In this document: piece after piece, positions 10,924-21,513 of the stretch
Layout: each line of letters opens with the position of its first letter
Position numbering within the stretch: position 1 is the first letter of the stretch
DNA from: an uncultured virus (IMG/VR IMGVR_UViG_3300030095_004072)
Taxonomy: Duplodnaviria; Heunggongvirae; Uroviricota; Caudoviricetes; Crassvirales
DNA length: 64,000 nt
Virus record (IMG/VR): IMGVR_UViG_3300030095_004072
Reading direction: 5' to 3' (one strand)
The notes under the pieces: generated by a model
Told to the model about the DNA's origin: nothing
The model's input: the letters and a program-made list of their open reading frames with translations, nothing else
The model's database searches: none
Made by a program: the position numbers and the translations under genes

Positions 10924-13147
10924 AATATATAAAGTTTTAAAAAACTATATACCAAATAGTGTGATGGCTAATAAAAATAAAGCTAAAACATGGAAATACG
11001 GTTACAATGAAAAATATAAATTAGTAATTATATCAAGAGACGGTACTTTAGGAGATATTTATGAGATTAGCAATGTAATTATTGGATTACCAAAAACGCC
11101 TAAAGTTTTTGATAATCAAAAAGAAAAAAAAGAAAATCAAGTTTGGACACCTACAATTCAACCAAAAGTATTAAAAAGAATACAGTCTATATTTCAATGG
11201 AATGAAATGCCAGTTGCTTTTAAAAATTCTTGGGTAGATTATATAGAAAAAGAATTTGATAAAAGAGAAGAAGGACATTGGTTTTTAAACAACGGTATAC
11301 CTACTTACATAACAGGTACACATTATATGTATTTGCAATGGACTAAAATAGATGTTGGACATCCTGATTTTAGAGAAGCTAACAGAGTATTTTATATTTT
11401 TTGGGAAGCTTGTAAAGCTGATAATCGTAGTTTTGGTATGTGTTATTTAAAAATAAGACGTTCAGGCTTTTCATTTATGAGTTCTTCGGAAGGTGTTAAT
11501 CAAGCAACCATTACAAGAGATGCACGTGTAGGTATTTTATCTAAAACTGGTGCTGATGCTAAAAAAATGTTTACAGATAAAGTAGTTCCTATTTCAAATA
11601 ATTATCCTTTCTTTTTTAAACCTATACAAGATGGTATGGATAAACCAAAAACTGAATTAGCTTATCGTGTTCCTGCGTCTAAAATTACTAAAAAAAATAT
11701 GTATGTAACTGATAATGAAGATTTAGAAGGGTTAGATACAACTATAGATTGGAAGAATACATCAGACAACTCATATGATGGAGAAAAACTTCAATACTTG
11801 TTACATGATGAAAGTGGTAAGTGGGAAAGGCCTGAAAATATATTAAATAATTGGCGAGTTACTAAAACTTGTTTAAGGCTTGGTAGTAAAATAATAGGTA
11901 AGTGTATGATGGGTTCAACCTCTAATGCATTAGATAAAGGAGGTGCTAATTTTAAAAAATTATTTGAAGATTCTGATGCATCTAAAAGAAATCAAAATGG
12001 ACAAACTAAATCAGGTTTATATAATTTGTTTATACCAATGGAATGGAATTTTGAAGGATATATAGATAAATATGGTATGCCAGTATTGTTTACGCCTAAA
12101 AAAACTGTAGTAGGAATGGATGGTGAAGATATAAATACAGGAGCAATAAACTATTGGAAAAATGAAGTAGACTCATTATCTTCTGATCCTGATGCACTTA
12201 ATGAGTTTTACCGTCAGTTTCCAAGAACAGAATCTCATGCCTTTAGAGATGAATCAAAACAATCTTTGTTTAATTTAACAAAAATTTACCAACAAATAGA
12301 TTTTAATGATAGTTTAATTTTAGGACAGCATATTACAAAAGGTTCATTTCAATGGGAGAATGGAGTTAAAGATAGTAAGGTAATATTTAGCCCAAATAAA
12401 AGTGGTAGATTTTTAGTATCTTGGACACCAGCAAAACATTTACAAAATAAAGTTTTTTTGAAACACGGAATAAAATATCCTGCTAACGAACATATAGGTT
12501 CGTTTGGTTGTGATAGTTATGATATTTCAGGAGTTGTTGTAGGAAAAGGTTCTAACGGAGCTTTGCATGGAATGACTAAATTTAATATGGACGATGCTCC
12601 TTCAAATGAATTTTTTTTAGAATATATTGCACGACCACAAACAGCAGAGATATTTTTTGAAGAAGTGTTGATGGCTTGTGTGTTTTATGGTATGCCAATA
12701 TTATGTGAAAATAATAAACCAAGATTATTGTATCATTTTAAAAACAGAGGATATAGAGGATTTTGTATGAATAGACCAGACAAAAGATATAATAAATTGT
12801 CAAAAACAGAAAGAGAATTAGGTGGTATTCCTAATTCATCAGAAGATGTAAAGCAATCTCATGCGGCTGCGATAGAATCACATATTGAAAAACATATAGG
12901 TTTAGATTTAGACGGTACATTTAGAGATGTTGATATTATGGGAACTATGCCTTTTCAACGTACATTAGAAGATTGGGCAAAGTTTGATATAACAAACAGA
13001 ACAAGGTTTGATGCTGCAATAAGTTCAGGATTGGCTATAATGGCTAATCAAAAGCATCTGTACACACCTACTAAACAAAAATCAAAAATAAGTGTTAACT
13101 TTGCACGATATGATAATAAGAGTTCCATTAGTCAATTAATAAGATAA
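10901..13147 (+). CDS. terL: Terminase large subunit
   Basis: KIRRSGFS Walker-A-like, LLHDESGK Walker B, FGCDSYD nuclease motif; precedes the portal. Confidence 0.9.
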   Translation: MQSQDQNRIYKVLKNYIPNSVMANKNKAKTWKYGYNEKYKLVIISRDGTLGDIYEISNVIIGLPKTPKVFDNQKEKKENQVWTPTIQPKVLKRIQSIFQWNEMPVAFKNSWVDYIEKEFDKREEGHWFLNNGIPTYITGTHYMYLQWTKIDVGHPDFREANRVFYIFWEACKADNRSFGMCYLKIRRSGFSFMSSSEGVNQATITRDARVGILSKTGADAKKMFTDKVVPISNNYPFFFKPIQDGMDKPKTELAYRVPASKITKKNMYVTDNEDLEGLDTTIDWKNTSDNSYDGEKLQYLLHDESGKWERPENILNNWRVTKTCLRLGSKIIGKCMMGSTSNALDKGGANFKKLFEDSDASKRNQNGQTKSGLYNLFIPMEWNFEGYIDKYGMPVLFTPKKTVVGMDGEDINTGAINYWKNEVDSLSSDPDALNEFYRQFPRTESHAFRDESKQSLFNLTKIYQQIDFNDSLILGQHITKGSFQWENGVKDSKVIFSPNKSGRFLVSWTPAKHLQNKVFLKHGIKYPANEHIGSFGCDSYDISGVVVGKGSNGALHGMTKFNMDDAPSNEFFLEYIARPQTAEIFFEEVLMACVFYGMPILCENNKPRLLYHFKNRGYRGFCMNRPDKRYNKLSKTERELGGIPNSSEDVKQSHAAAIESHIEKHIGLDLDGTFRDVDIMGTMPFQRTLEDWAKFDITNRTRFDAAISSGLAIMANQKHLYTPTKQKSKISVNFARYDNKSSISQLIR
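13096..13103 (+). promoter_or_regulatory. -7 box TAACTTTG upstream of portal
   Basis: Matches TAnnTTTG; lies in the 3' end of terL. Confidence 0.5.
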
Positions 13148-15586
13148 ATGAAAGGAATAAGTATAGATATAAAATCCGCTGCTTTTCCCGATCAGTTTGT
13201 TTCTGATTCTCAAAAGAAAACTAAAGAATTTGGATTACAAGTAGGTCAAGCTATTCAGTATGAATGGTTCAGGAAAGAAGGGGTAAACCAATGTAGGTTT
13301 TACAGTCAATGGTGGGAGTTTAATCGTTTAAGATTATATGCTCGTGGAGAACAATCCATAGCTAAATATAAAAATGAATTAGCTGTAGACGGTGATTTAT
13401 CTTATTTAAATTTAGACTGGACACCTGTTCCTGTTATTCCTAAGTTTGTTGATATTGTAGTAAATGGAATGTCGGACAGATTATTTACTGTTAAGGCATA
13501 CGCTCAAGATGCTATGTCATCAGAAAAAAGAGGTGAGTTTCAAAACATGGTAGAAAAAAGTGTTATTTCTAAAAACTTATTTCAACAAATAGAAAAAGAT
13601 TTTGATGTAAAATTGTTTAGCATGAATCCTGATGAATTACCTGAAAGTGATTTAGAAATGGAGCTTTATATGCAAATGAATTATAAACCTGCAATTGAAA
13701 TAGCAAATGAAGTTGCTATTAATACATTATTAGAAGAAAATCATTATTCACACACTCGTAAAAGATGTGATATGGACTTAATGACTTTAGGTTTATCTGT
13801 AGTAAAACATAACTTTCAATTAGGAGATGGAATAAGAGTTGAGTATGTTGATCCTGCTAATGTTGTTTATAGCTATACTGAAGATCCTTACTTTAAAGAT
13901 TGTTTTTATTGGGGAGAAATTAAAACAGTGCCTATTGGTGAGTTGTTAAAAATAAAACCTGATTTAACTAATGAAGACTTAGAAGAAATATCAAAATACA
14001 GTCAAGCATGGTATCAGTATTATAATGTTGCTGCTATGTATGAAAACTCTATGTTTTATAGAGATACAGTTACATTAATGTATTTTAATTACAAAAGCAC
14101 AAATACTTTTGTATATAAAAAGAAACAAACTGCCACAGGAAATTTTAAAGTAGTTCCTAAAACTGACGAATTTAATCCACCACAAGAAATGATGGATGAA
14201 GGTAAATTTGAAAAAGTAACAAAAAAAATAGATGTATGGTATGATGGTGTAATGGTAATGGGTACTAATATATTATTAAAGTGGGAACTTGCTAAAAATA
14301 TGGTTAGGCCACAGTCAGCAAGTCAATACGCTATGCCTAATTATGTAGCTACAGCACCAAGAATGTATAAAGGTAATATAGAATCCTTAGTAAGAAGAAT
14401 GATACCTTTTACTGATTTAATACAGATGACTCATTTAAAATTACAACAAGTAATTTCAAGAGTTGTACCTGATGGTGTATTTATAGATGCAGATGGATTA
14501 AACGAAGTTGATTTAGGAACAGGAAATGCATACAACCCTGAAGATGCTTTAAGATTATATTTTCAAACGGGTAGTGTTATTGGTAGAAGCTTTACTCAAG
14601 ATGGTGAGTTTAACAATGCAAAAGTACCTATTACACAACTTACTTCCTCAAGTGGTTCACAAAAAATGCAAATGTTAATTGGTAACTACAATCATTATAT
14701 GAATATGATTAGACAAGTAACGGGATTAAATGAAGCACGTGATGGAAGCACGCCTGATCCTAACTCTTTAGTGGGTGTTCAAAAATTAGCCGCACTTAAC
14801 TCTAATACTGCAACAAGACATATTTTAGAGGGTAGCTTGTATTTAACACAAACTTTAGCTGAAGCATTATCTATAAGAACAGCTGACGTTTTAGAGTATT
14901 CAGACTTTGCAGATGAATTTACTCAACAAATTGGAAAATATAATGTAGGGTTATTAGATGATATAAAAAACTTATATATATATGACTTTGGTATTTTTAT
15001 TGAAGTTTCTCCTGATGAAGAACAGCAAGCATTATTAGAGGCAAATATACAAACTGCTTTAAATAAACAAGATATTAATTTAGAAGACGCTATAGATATA
15101 AGAGAGTTAAAAAATATAAAAATGGCTAATCAGTTGTTAAAAGTTAAAAGAAAACAAAAGCAACTACAAGATTCACAACAAAAAGAAAAAGAACAACAGA
15201 TGCAAGCTCAGATTAATATGCAGTCACAACAAGCGGCTGCTCAAATAGCTATGCAAAAAATTCAAATGGAGACACAATCTAAAATGCAAATAAAACAAGC
15301 AGAGGTTGGTTTTGAAATAGAAAAACTTAAAAATGAGGCTGCGTTAAAAGAGTCTTTAATGCAAACAGAATTCCAAATGAATATGCAGTTAAAAGGTTTA
15401 GAGCAATCACAAATAGATATGCGTGAGCAGAATAGAGAAAAATCTAAAAACCAAAGAATTAGTCAGCAGTCATCAGAACAATCAAGATTAATAGACCAGC
15501 GTAAAAACAATTTACCTCCTATAAATTTTGAGTCTAATGAAGATAGTTTAGATGGTTTTGACTTAGCTGAGTTTGACCCACGATAG
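13148..15586 (+). CDS. Portal protein
   Basis: 812 aa between terL and scaffold; LNLDWTPVPVIPKFVDIVVNG motif; Gln-rich C-terminal coiled coil. Confidence 0.85.
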   Translation: MKGISIDIKSAAFPDQFVSDSQKKTKEFGLQVGQAIQYEWFRKEGVNQCRFYSQWWEFNRLRLYARGEQSIAKYKNELAVDGDLSYLNLDWTPVPVIPKFVDIVVNGMSDRLFTVKAYAQDAMSSEKRGEFQNMVEKSVISKNLFQQIEKDFDVKLFSMNPDELPESDLEMELYMQMNYKPAIEIANEVAINTLLEENHYSHTRKRCDMDLMTLGLSVVKHNFQLGDGIRVEYVDPANVVYSYTEDPYFKDCFYWGEIKTVPIGELLKIKPDLTNEDLEEISKYSQAWYQYYNVAAMYENSMFYRDTVTLMYFNYKSTNTFVYKKKQTATGNFKVVPKTDEFNPPQEMMDEGKFEKVTKKIDVWYDGVMVMGTNILLKWELAKNMVRPQSASQYAMPNYVATAPRMYKGNIESLVRRMIPFTDLIQMTHLKLQQVISRVVPDGVFIDADGLNEVDLGTGNAYNPEDALRLYFQTGSVIGRSFTQDGEFNNAKVPITQLTSSSGSQKMQMLIGNYNHYMNMIRQVTGLNEARDGSTPDPNSLVGVQKLAALNSNTATRHILEGSLYLTQTLAEALSIRTADVLEYSDFADEFTQQIGKYNVGLLDDIKNLYIYDFGIFIEVSPDEEQQALLEANIQTALNKQDINLEDAIDIRELKNIKMANQLLKVKRKQKQLQDSQQKEKEQQMQAQINMQSQQAAAQIAMQKIQMETQSKMQIKQAEVGFEIEKLKNEAALKESLMQTEFQMNMQLKGLEQSQIDMREQNREKSKNQRISQQSSEQSRLIDQRKNNLPPINFESNEDSLDGFDLAEFDPR

Positions 15587-15611
15587 CTTAAAAAAGTTGT
15601 TGTATAATTAT

Positions 15612-15619
15612 TAACTTTG
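15612..15619 (+). promoter_or_regulatory. -7 box TAACTTTG for scaffold/capsid genes
   Basis: Matches TAnnTTTG; intergenic. Confidence 0.65.
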
Positions 15620-15639
15620 TATAAATTAAATTAAATTAA

Positions 15640-16779
15640 ATGGATAATATTAAAGTAAAAGCTGTAGAGTTTATTGAAGACAATAAATCTCAAGCAGAAA
15701 TAGAAGAGAAACTTCTAAAAGAACACGCAGAGCAAGAAGATACTGCGGAAAATGTAGTAGAACAAACAGAAACACAACCTGAAGTAGAAGAAAAAGAAGA
15801 AGTAAAAGAAGAAGTTCAGGTTCAAGAAGAAACTCCCTCGTCAGAGTTAAATGACGAAGACGTTCTTAAATATATTAAAAATAGATATGATAGAGATATC
15901 AATTCTGTTGACGATTTATTTGCACAACAACAAGCAAATGAAGAGTTACCAGAAGATGTTTCTAAATATTTAAAATATAAGAAAGAAACAGGCCGTGGTA
16001 TTGAAGACTTTTACAAGTTACAAAAAGACTACACTACTATGGAAGATGATCAAGTTTTAGCTGATTACTATGCTAATATTGAAGATGGTTTAGATACTTT
16101 TGATATACAAGATTTATTAGAAGATAAATTTAGTTTTGATGAAGAATTAGATGAACCAAGAGATATTAAAAAAAGAAAATTAGCTAAGAAAAGAGAACTT
16201 GCGAAAGCAAAAAAGTATTTCAATGATCAAAAAGATAAATATAAAGTTCCTCTTGAGTCAAGTGGGGATGGATTATCTGACAAAGACAGAGAAACATTAG
16301 ATGCTTATAAAAGTTACATTGATGAATCTAAAACTGTGCAAGAAGCTCAGAAAAAAAAGTATGATTGGTTTCTTCAAAAAACCGATGAGGTTTTTAGCAA
16401 TGAATTCAAAGGTTTTGAATTTAATGTAGGAGATAAAAATTTTACTTATAAACCTGGTGATGCATCTGAAATTAAAAATGTTCAAAAAGATGTTGCAAAT
16501 TTTGTCAACAAATATATGGACGATAAAGGTTTAATTAAAGACGCAAAGGGATACCATAAAGCATTATCAATTGCTATGAATCCCGAAAAGTACGCTAAGT
16601 TTTTTTATGAGCAAGGAATGGCTGATGCTGTAGACAATGTTTCTAAAAAATCAAAAAACATTAATATGGACGTTAGACAGGCTTCTCAGAGTGTATCTAA
16701 AGATGGTTTAAAAATAAGAGCTATTGGAGATACAAGCAGTGGTAGAGGACTCAAAATTAAAAGTATAAAACGAGTATAA
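15640..16779 (+). CDS. Capsid scaffolding protein
   Basis: Very acidic N-terminus, helical, between portal and major capsid gene. Confidence 0.7.
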   Translation: MDNIKVKAVEFIEDNKSQAEIEEKLLKEHAEQEDTAENVVEQTETQPEVEEKEEVKEEVQVQEETPSSELNDEDVLKYIKNRYDRDINSVDDLFAQQQANEELPEDVSKYLKYKKETGRGIEDFYKLQKDYTTMEDDQVLADYYANIEDGLDTFDIQDLLEDKFSFDEELDEPRDIKKRKLAKKRELAKAKKYFNDQKDKYKVPLESSGDGLSDKDRETLDAYKSYIDESKTVQEAQKKKYDWFLQKTDEVFSNEFKGFEFNVGDKNFTYKPGDASEIKNVQKDVANFVNKYMDDKGLIKDAKGYHKALSIAMNPEKYAKFFYEQGMADAVDNVSKKSKNINMDVRQASQSVSKDGLKIRAIGDTSSGRGLKIKSIKRV

Positions 16780-16799
16780 ATTTTAAAAAAAATTAAAAA

Positions 16800-18239
16800 A
16801 TGTCAGTACAATTAAACCCAGGATTTGCTTTACAGCCATCAGCTCAAAAGCAAGTTCTATCAACAAACTACATAACTAATTTTGATTTCTTGAATCAGTA
16901 TCTACCAGATACTTATGAAAAGGAATTTGAGCGTTATGGAAATAGAACAGTAGCTTCATTCTTAAGAATGGTAGGTGCTGAAATGCCAACTAATTCAGAT
17001 ATGATTAAGTGGGCAGAACAAGGAAGATTACATACTAAATATGTAAACTGTTCTTCAGCTCAAGCAGCAGCTTCAAATACAGCAACAATTACTATTGCTG
17101 ATTTAAATGTACCAGGATTAGTTGCTAACCAAACAAGTATTGGACTAAGAGTAGGTCAGACAGTTATGATTTCTGATAATACGCCTGGTTCTACATTATC
17201 TAACAAAGGTGTTATCTCAACTGCTCCAACTCCAGCTGCTAATACATTTGTAGTAGAGTATTACGAAGCGGGTGGACAAGCTTTTGCTGCAGGTGTAACG
17301 GTATCTGTATTTGTTTATGGTTCTGAATTTGCAAAAGGAACAACAGGAATGGAAGGTTCTTTAGAAGCGGATGATATATTCTTTTCTAATAAGCCTATTA
17401 TCATGAAAGACACTTACCAAGTTTCTGGTTCTGATATGGCACAAATCGGTTGGGTAGAAATCCAAACTGAAAATGGTGCTAACGGATACCTATGGTACTT
17501 AAAGTCTGAGCATGAAACAAGATTACGTTTTGAAGACTACATGGAAACTGCAATGATTGAGGCTGTACCTGCGGGAACAGGTTCTGGTGCAGAAACTTAT
17601 TTAAGTTCAGCTACAGGGGGTGCATTCCCACACGCTGGTTCTGAAGGTGTATTCTTTGCAGTAAACAGTAGAGGAAATGTTTGGGGTGGAGGAAACCCAA
17701 CTACTCTTGCAGGTTTTGATTCTATGATTCAAAGACTTGACAAGCAAGGTGCTATTGAAGAAAATGTAATTTTCTGTAACAGAAACTTCTCATTTGATAT
17801 TGATGATATGTTAGCTGCACAAAACTCTTACGGAGCGGGTGGTACTTCATATGGTCTATTTGACAATGATAAGGATATGGCGTTAAACTTAGGTTTCACA
17901 GGATTTAGAAGAGGTTATGACTTCTATAAGTCTGACTGGAAATACCTAAATGACCCTACAATGAGAGGTGGTTTAATTGGTGGTGGTGTGAATGGACTTT
18001 TAGTTCCTGCAGGATCAACATCAGTTTATGACCAAATCTTAGGTAAAAACGCTAAAAGACCATTCTTACACGTGAGATACAGAGCGTCTGAGACTGAGAA
18101 TAGACGTTACAAGACTTGGATTACAGGTTCTGCGGGAGGTGCTGCTACATCTGATTTAGATGCTATGACAGTTAACTTCTTAACAGAAAGAGCTGTTTGT
18201 ACTTTAGGTGCGAACAACTTCTTCCTATTCAATGCTTAA
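16800..18239 (+). CDS. Major capsid protein
   Basis: 479 aa after scaffold; QYLPDTYEKEFERYGNR and WAEQGRLH motifs; followed by a strong terminator. Confidence 0.85.
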   Translation: MSVQLNPGFALQPSAQKQVLSTNYITNFDFLNQYLPDTYEKEFERYGNRTVASFLRMVGAEMPTNSDMIKWAEQGRLHTKYVNCSSAQAAASNTATITIADLNVPGLVANQTSIGLRVGQTVMISDNTPGSTLSNKGVISTAPTPAANTFVVEYYEAGGQAFAAGVTVSVFVYGSEFAKGTTGMEGSLEADDIFFSNKPIIMKDTYQVSGSDMAQIGWVEIQTENGANGYLWYLKSEHETRLRFEDYMETAMIEAVPAGTGSGAETYLSSATGGAFPHAGSEGVFFAVNSRGNVWGGGNPTTLAGFDSMIQRLDKQGAIEENVIFCNRNFSFDIDDMLAAQNSYGAGGTSYGLFDNDKDMALNLGFTGFRRGYDFYKSDWKYLNDPTMRGGLIGGGVNGLLVPAGSTSVYDQILGKNAKRPFLHVRYRASETENRRYKTWITGSAGGAATSDLDAMTVNFLTERAVCTLGANNFFLFNA

Positions 18240-18257
18240 ACAGAAGTAAATTAATAT

Positions 18258-18284
18258 AGGGGGGATTCGTCCCCCCTTTATTTT
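18258..18284 (+). terminator. Intrinsic terminator after capsid gene
   Basis: AGGGGGGA-TTCG-TCCCCCCT followed by TTATTTT. Confidence 0.85.
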
Positions 18285-18310
18285 AAAATTAAATTAAATT
18301 AAATATTATT

Positions 18311-19066
18311 ATGAAAAAAACACACGAAAAATTCGTATCTAAGTCTTATAGACTAAAAAGACAAGACGCACCATTATCTTATATGTTAGCGTCAAGACAC
18401 TCATCAAGATTTCCATTACTACACTTTGACGAAGACACAGGGACAAACAGACCATTACGTTATGCACGTAATCAAAAATCACCTTTTGAAGATGAACAAG
18501 ATGGAAATGCAATATTAGAACCTGTAGTATTTGAAGATGGGTTTCTAACTGTTGAAAAACAAAATCAAGTATTACAACAATTTTTACATTATCATCCACA
18601 AAATGGAATGGTATTTGAAGAAATAAATAATGCAAGAGATGCTCAAGAAGAATTAGAGTTGGCAGAAATGCAACTTAATGCTCAAATTATGGCAAAAGAA
18701 TTATCTACAGATAAACTTGTAACTGTATGTAGAGTATTCTTGGGAGGTAGTGTAGATAAAATGTCTACAGCCGAACTTAAAAGAGACGTTTTAATGTTTT
18801 CTAAATCTCAGCCAGAAGATTTTATAAATATATTAAATGATCCTTTATTAGAACTACAGGACACTGTAATACAAATGTTTTCATCTAACTTGTTACAATT
18901 TAAAAATGGACAAAAAGACGTACACTTTAACTACAAGAAAAATAAAAAACGTATGTTAACTGTACCTTTTGGTGAAGACCCTTACTATATTGTGGCTTCT
19001 TATTTTCAAAGTGATGAAGGATTAGAAACTTTTAAAATGTTAAAAAAGACCTTAAATAAAGAATAG
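18311..19066 (+). CDS. Hypothetical protein downstream of capsid gene
   Basis: 251-aa ORF with AAATTAAATT leader. Confidence 0.7.
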   Translation: MKKTHEKFVSKSYRLKRQDAPLSYMLASRHSSRFPLLHFDEDTGTNRPLRYARNQKSPFEDEQDGNAILEPVVFEDGFLTVEKQNQVLQQFLHYHPQNGMVFEEINNARDAQEELELAEMQLNAQIMAKELSTDKLVTVCRVFLGGSVDKMSTAELKRDVLMFSKSQPEDFINILNDPLLELQDTVIQMFSSNLLQFKNGQKDVHFNYKKNKKRMLTVPFGEDPYYIVASYFQSDEGLETFKMLKKTLNKE

Positions 19067-19075
19067 TAATTTCTT

Positions 19076-19083
19076 TATATTTG
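19076..19083 (+). promoter_or_regulatory. -7 box TATATTTG
   Basis: Matches TAnnTTTG; intergenic. Confidence 0.65.
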
Positions 19084-19120
19084 TACTTTATTAACTAACA
19101 CCCTTAATCATATTTTTATT

Positions 19121-19483
19121 ATGGAAAAATTTATATCATTCACAAACACTGCAGCTTCAATTGCGGGGGGACTAAATATATTCCCATCAGCAGACGTTGC
19201 TACAGTAGTACAAACTTCAGCTACAAGAACAACTGTATCTTTCAAAAATCATTCAGCAGGCTATAATGAGATACAAATTAATCATACAGCTTTACCTGCT
19301 TATAACGCTGCAACACCTAATCAGTGTACAGCAATGAGAGATTTAATTACAAATACAGTAGCTTCATCATTATCAACGGGATGGACAAGTCCTATATTTA
19401 ATTTAGTTATTCCTGGACCAACTGAGTTGGTAGCAGCGGCAGCAGGAACTCAAGTTGTGATTACAACTATCACTTGGGCATAG
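19121..19483 (+). CDS. Small virion/head decoration-like protein
   Basis: Ala/Thr-rich; resembles the termini of the next gene's product. Confidence 0.5.
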   Translation: MEKFISFTNTAASIAGGLNIFPSADVATVVQTSATRTTVSFKNHSAGYNEIQINHTALPAYNAATPNQCTAMRDLITNTVASSLSTGWTSPIFNLVIPGPTELVAAAAGTQVVITTITWA

Positions 19484-19508
19484 TATTAACTAAAAAAAAT
19501 AAGATAAT

Positions 19509-20465
19509 ATGAGAGCAAAATATTTAGAAATCCCTATTAACACAGTTGTAGCTTCGGGTACAAATGAGTTGGTAGTGGGAACAACCGCATCAGCGGGTAT
19601 AGCCACAGGAACTAATGCAGCTGCTGTCACTGATAAACTTAATGATGCTACTGCAACTTTTGTTGCTGATGGTGTTGTTGTAGGTGACATTGCATACAAT
19701 GTTACTGCGGGTACTCAAGGTGCTATAACAGCTGTAAATGCTAACGGAACAGAATTAAGTTTTGCTACTAACTTGTTTAGTGCAGGTGGAGAAACTTATG
19801 CAATTCGTAAGGAAAAGCAGTTAAATGCTGTAGCAACATTTACAACTCGTAAAGTTAGAGTTGGAGATATTGTAAAGAATACAACTGTAAATACACAAAC
19901 TACTGTAGCTGCTTTAATTAACGAAACATCATTAACATTAACGGCTGATATATTTAACAGTTCAACTTTGTTTGATGATAATTTTACAATTGAAGCTCCT
20001 GCAACAGAAGTTTACGACAATGGAAAGTCTTTTTTAACGTCTCTTACTGTAGGTGATGTGTATGAAAATACAACTCAAAACTTCAGTGAATTAGTTTCTG
20101 TTATTATAGACGATTTTAGATTTAGATGTAGCTCTACAGTTGGTGCAATTGGAGACGCTTTTAATGTTTTTGATTCAACAGTAGCTTCTACTTACTTAAT
20201 CCAAATGGACCAGATAGTTTTAGCACAAAGACTTACTGCAGAACAAACTACGATTCAGTTAAACACAGTTGCTAATTCTACAATAACAATAGACCATTCA
20301 GATCAAGGAACTGGACGTGCTGTTGCTATTGCAATACAAGATGCTATGAAGAGAGGATATATAGGTGTGAATATGCCTGAGCCTCCTGGACCTTCTACTG
20401 CAAGAGTACAAATGCCTATATTTGAAAACTCTATAATTACAGTTGAAAGTGTAGCTGCCGCATAA
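19509..20465 (+). CDS. Virion/head decoration-like protein with internal VGD..N.T repeats
   Basis: Three repeats: VVVGDIAYNVT, VRVGDIVKNTT, LTVGDVYENTT. Confidence 0.55.
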   Translation: MRAKYLEIPINTVVASGTNELVVGTTASAGIATGTNAAAVTDKLNDATATFVADGVVVGDIAYNVTAGTQGAITAVNANGTELSFATNLFSAGGETYAIRKEKQLNAVATFTTRKVRVGDIVKNTTVNTQTTVAALINETSLTLTADIFNSSTLFDDNFTIEAPATEVYDNGKSFLTSLTVGDVYENTTQNFSELVSVIIDDFRFRCSSTVGAIGDAFNVFDSTVASTYLIQMDQIVLAQRLTAEQTTIQLNTVANSTITIDHSDQGTGRAVAIAIQDAMKRGYIGVNMPEPPGPSTARVQMPIFENSIITVESVAAA

Positions 20466-20484
20466 CGGTTTTATAACAAATTTA

Positions 20485-20520
20485 AAGAGAGGTTACAAAA
20501 AAAGTAACCTCTTTTTTTTT
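20485..20520 (+). terminator. Intrinsic terminator
   Basis: AGAGGTTAC-A7-GTAACCTCT followed by a T run. Confidence 0.85.
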
Positions 20521-20522
20521 GC

Positions 20523-20530
20523 TATATTTG
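20523..20530 (+). promoter_or_regulatory. -7 box TATATTTG for tail genes
   Basis: Matches TAnnTTTG, right after the terminator. Confidence 0.65.
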
Positions 20531-20553
20531 TAAAAGAATAAAACGCACTATCT

Positions 20554-21510
20554 ATGGCAATGATTGATGAGGTTAGGAGTACAGTATTAGGTATTATTAA
20601 TAAAAATAATTACGGATACTTATCTCCTCAAGATTATAATTTATATGCAACGCAAGCTCAGTTGGATATATATGAAGATTATTTTTATCAATACAATCAG
20701 TGGATTAATAAAGAAAACCAAAGACAATCTGGGACAGGCTATGCAGATATAGTAAAAGGATTAGTTGAGGTGATAGATTCTTTTTCAGAAGAAGTTTTTT
20801 TGACACAAACAAATGCAAATATTTTTAGCCTACCGTCTGACTATTATTTAGTAAATAAAATATACTACTACCCTGAGTTATTACTTAGTGGTACTTTTAG
20901 TGCTTCAGTAGGAAATGTAATGGATGCTTTAGTACCTGCAACACCATTTACTGCACCAGGAGGGTTTAACGTACCTCAGTTTCCACCAACTAATAGTCTT
21001 ATAGTAAACACTTCTACTTTAAAACAAACTTTTATAACAGGTGTAGCCACAACATCTCAAATAAATGTTGCTGAAGCCTTATTTGCAGTTGCAGGAGATT
21101 ATTCTATATACAGTAATACAAATATAACAGAGGTAGAAAGAGTAAGTCAAAATAAAATATTTTATCTTACAAGCTCTACAATGTCAGCTCCTACTAATCA
21201 ATTTCCTGCTTACGTGTTAAGTGGTAATGATATTTCGGTTTACCCTACATCTATTAAAACAGCGGGGCAAATAAAAGCACAATATGTAAGGTATCCAAAA
21301 ACACCTCAATGGACATATACTTTATTAAGTAATGGAACACCTCTTTATGATCCTACGGTAGCTGGTTATCAAGACTTTGAATTACCGTTATCTGATATGC
21401 CTGGTTTAGTTGCTAAAATATGTCAGTATATAGGAATAGAAATAAGAGAATCAGATGTATATCAATTTGGTACTCAAGAAATAGTACAAGACAACCAAAT
21501 ACAAGTATAA
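20554..21510 (+). CDS. Head-tail adaptor/ring-type structural protein
   Basis: INKNNYGYLSPQDYNLYA N-terminus and YVRYPKTPQW motif; first gene of tail block. Confidence 0.6.
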   Translation: MAMIDEVRSTVLGIINKNNYGYLSPQDYNLYATQAQLDIYEDYFYQYNQWINKENQRQSGTGYADIVKGLVEVIDSFSEEVFLTQTNANIFSLPSDYYLVNKIYYYPELLLSGTFSASVGNVMDALVPATPFTAPGGFNVPQFPPTNSLIVNTSTLKQTFITGVATTSQINVAEALFAVAGDYSIYSNTNITEVERVSQNKIFYLTSSTMSAPTNQFPAYVLSGNDISVYPTSIKTAGQIKAQYVRYPKTPQWTYTLLSNGTPLYDPTVAGYQDFELPLSDMPGLVAKICQYIGIEIRESDVYQFGTQEIVQDNQIQV

Positions 21511-21513
21511 AAG

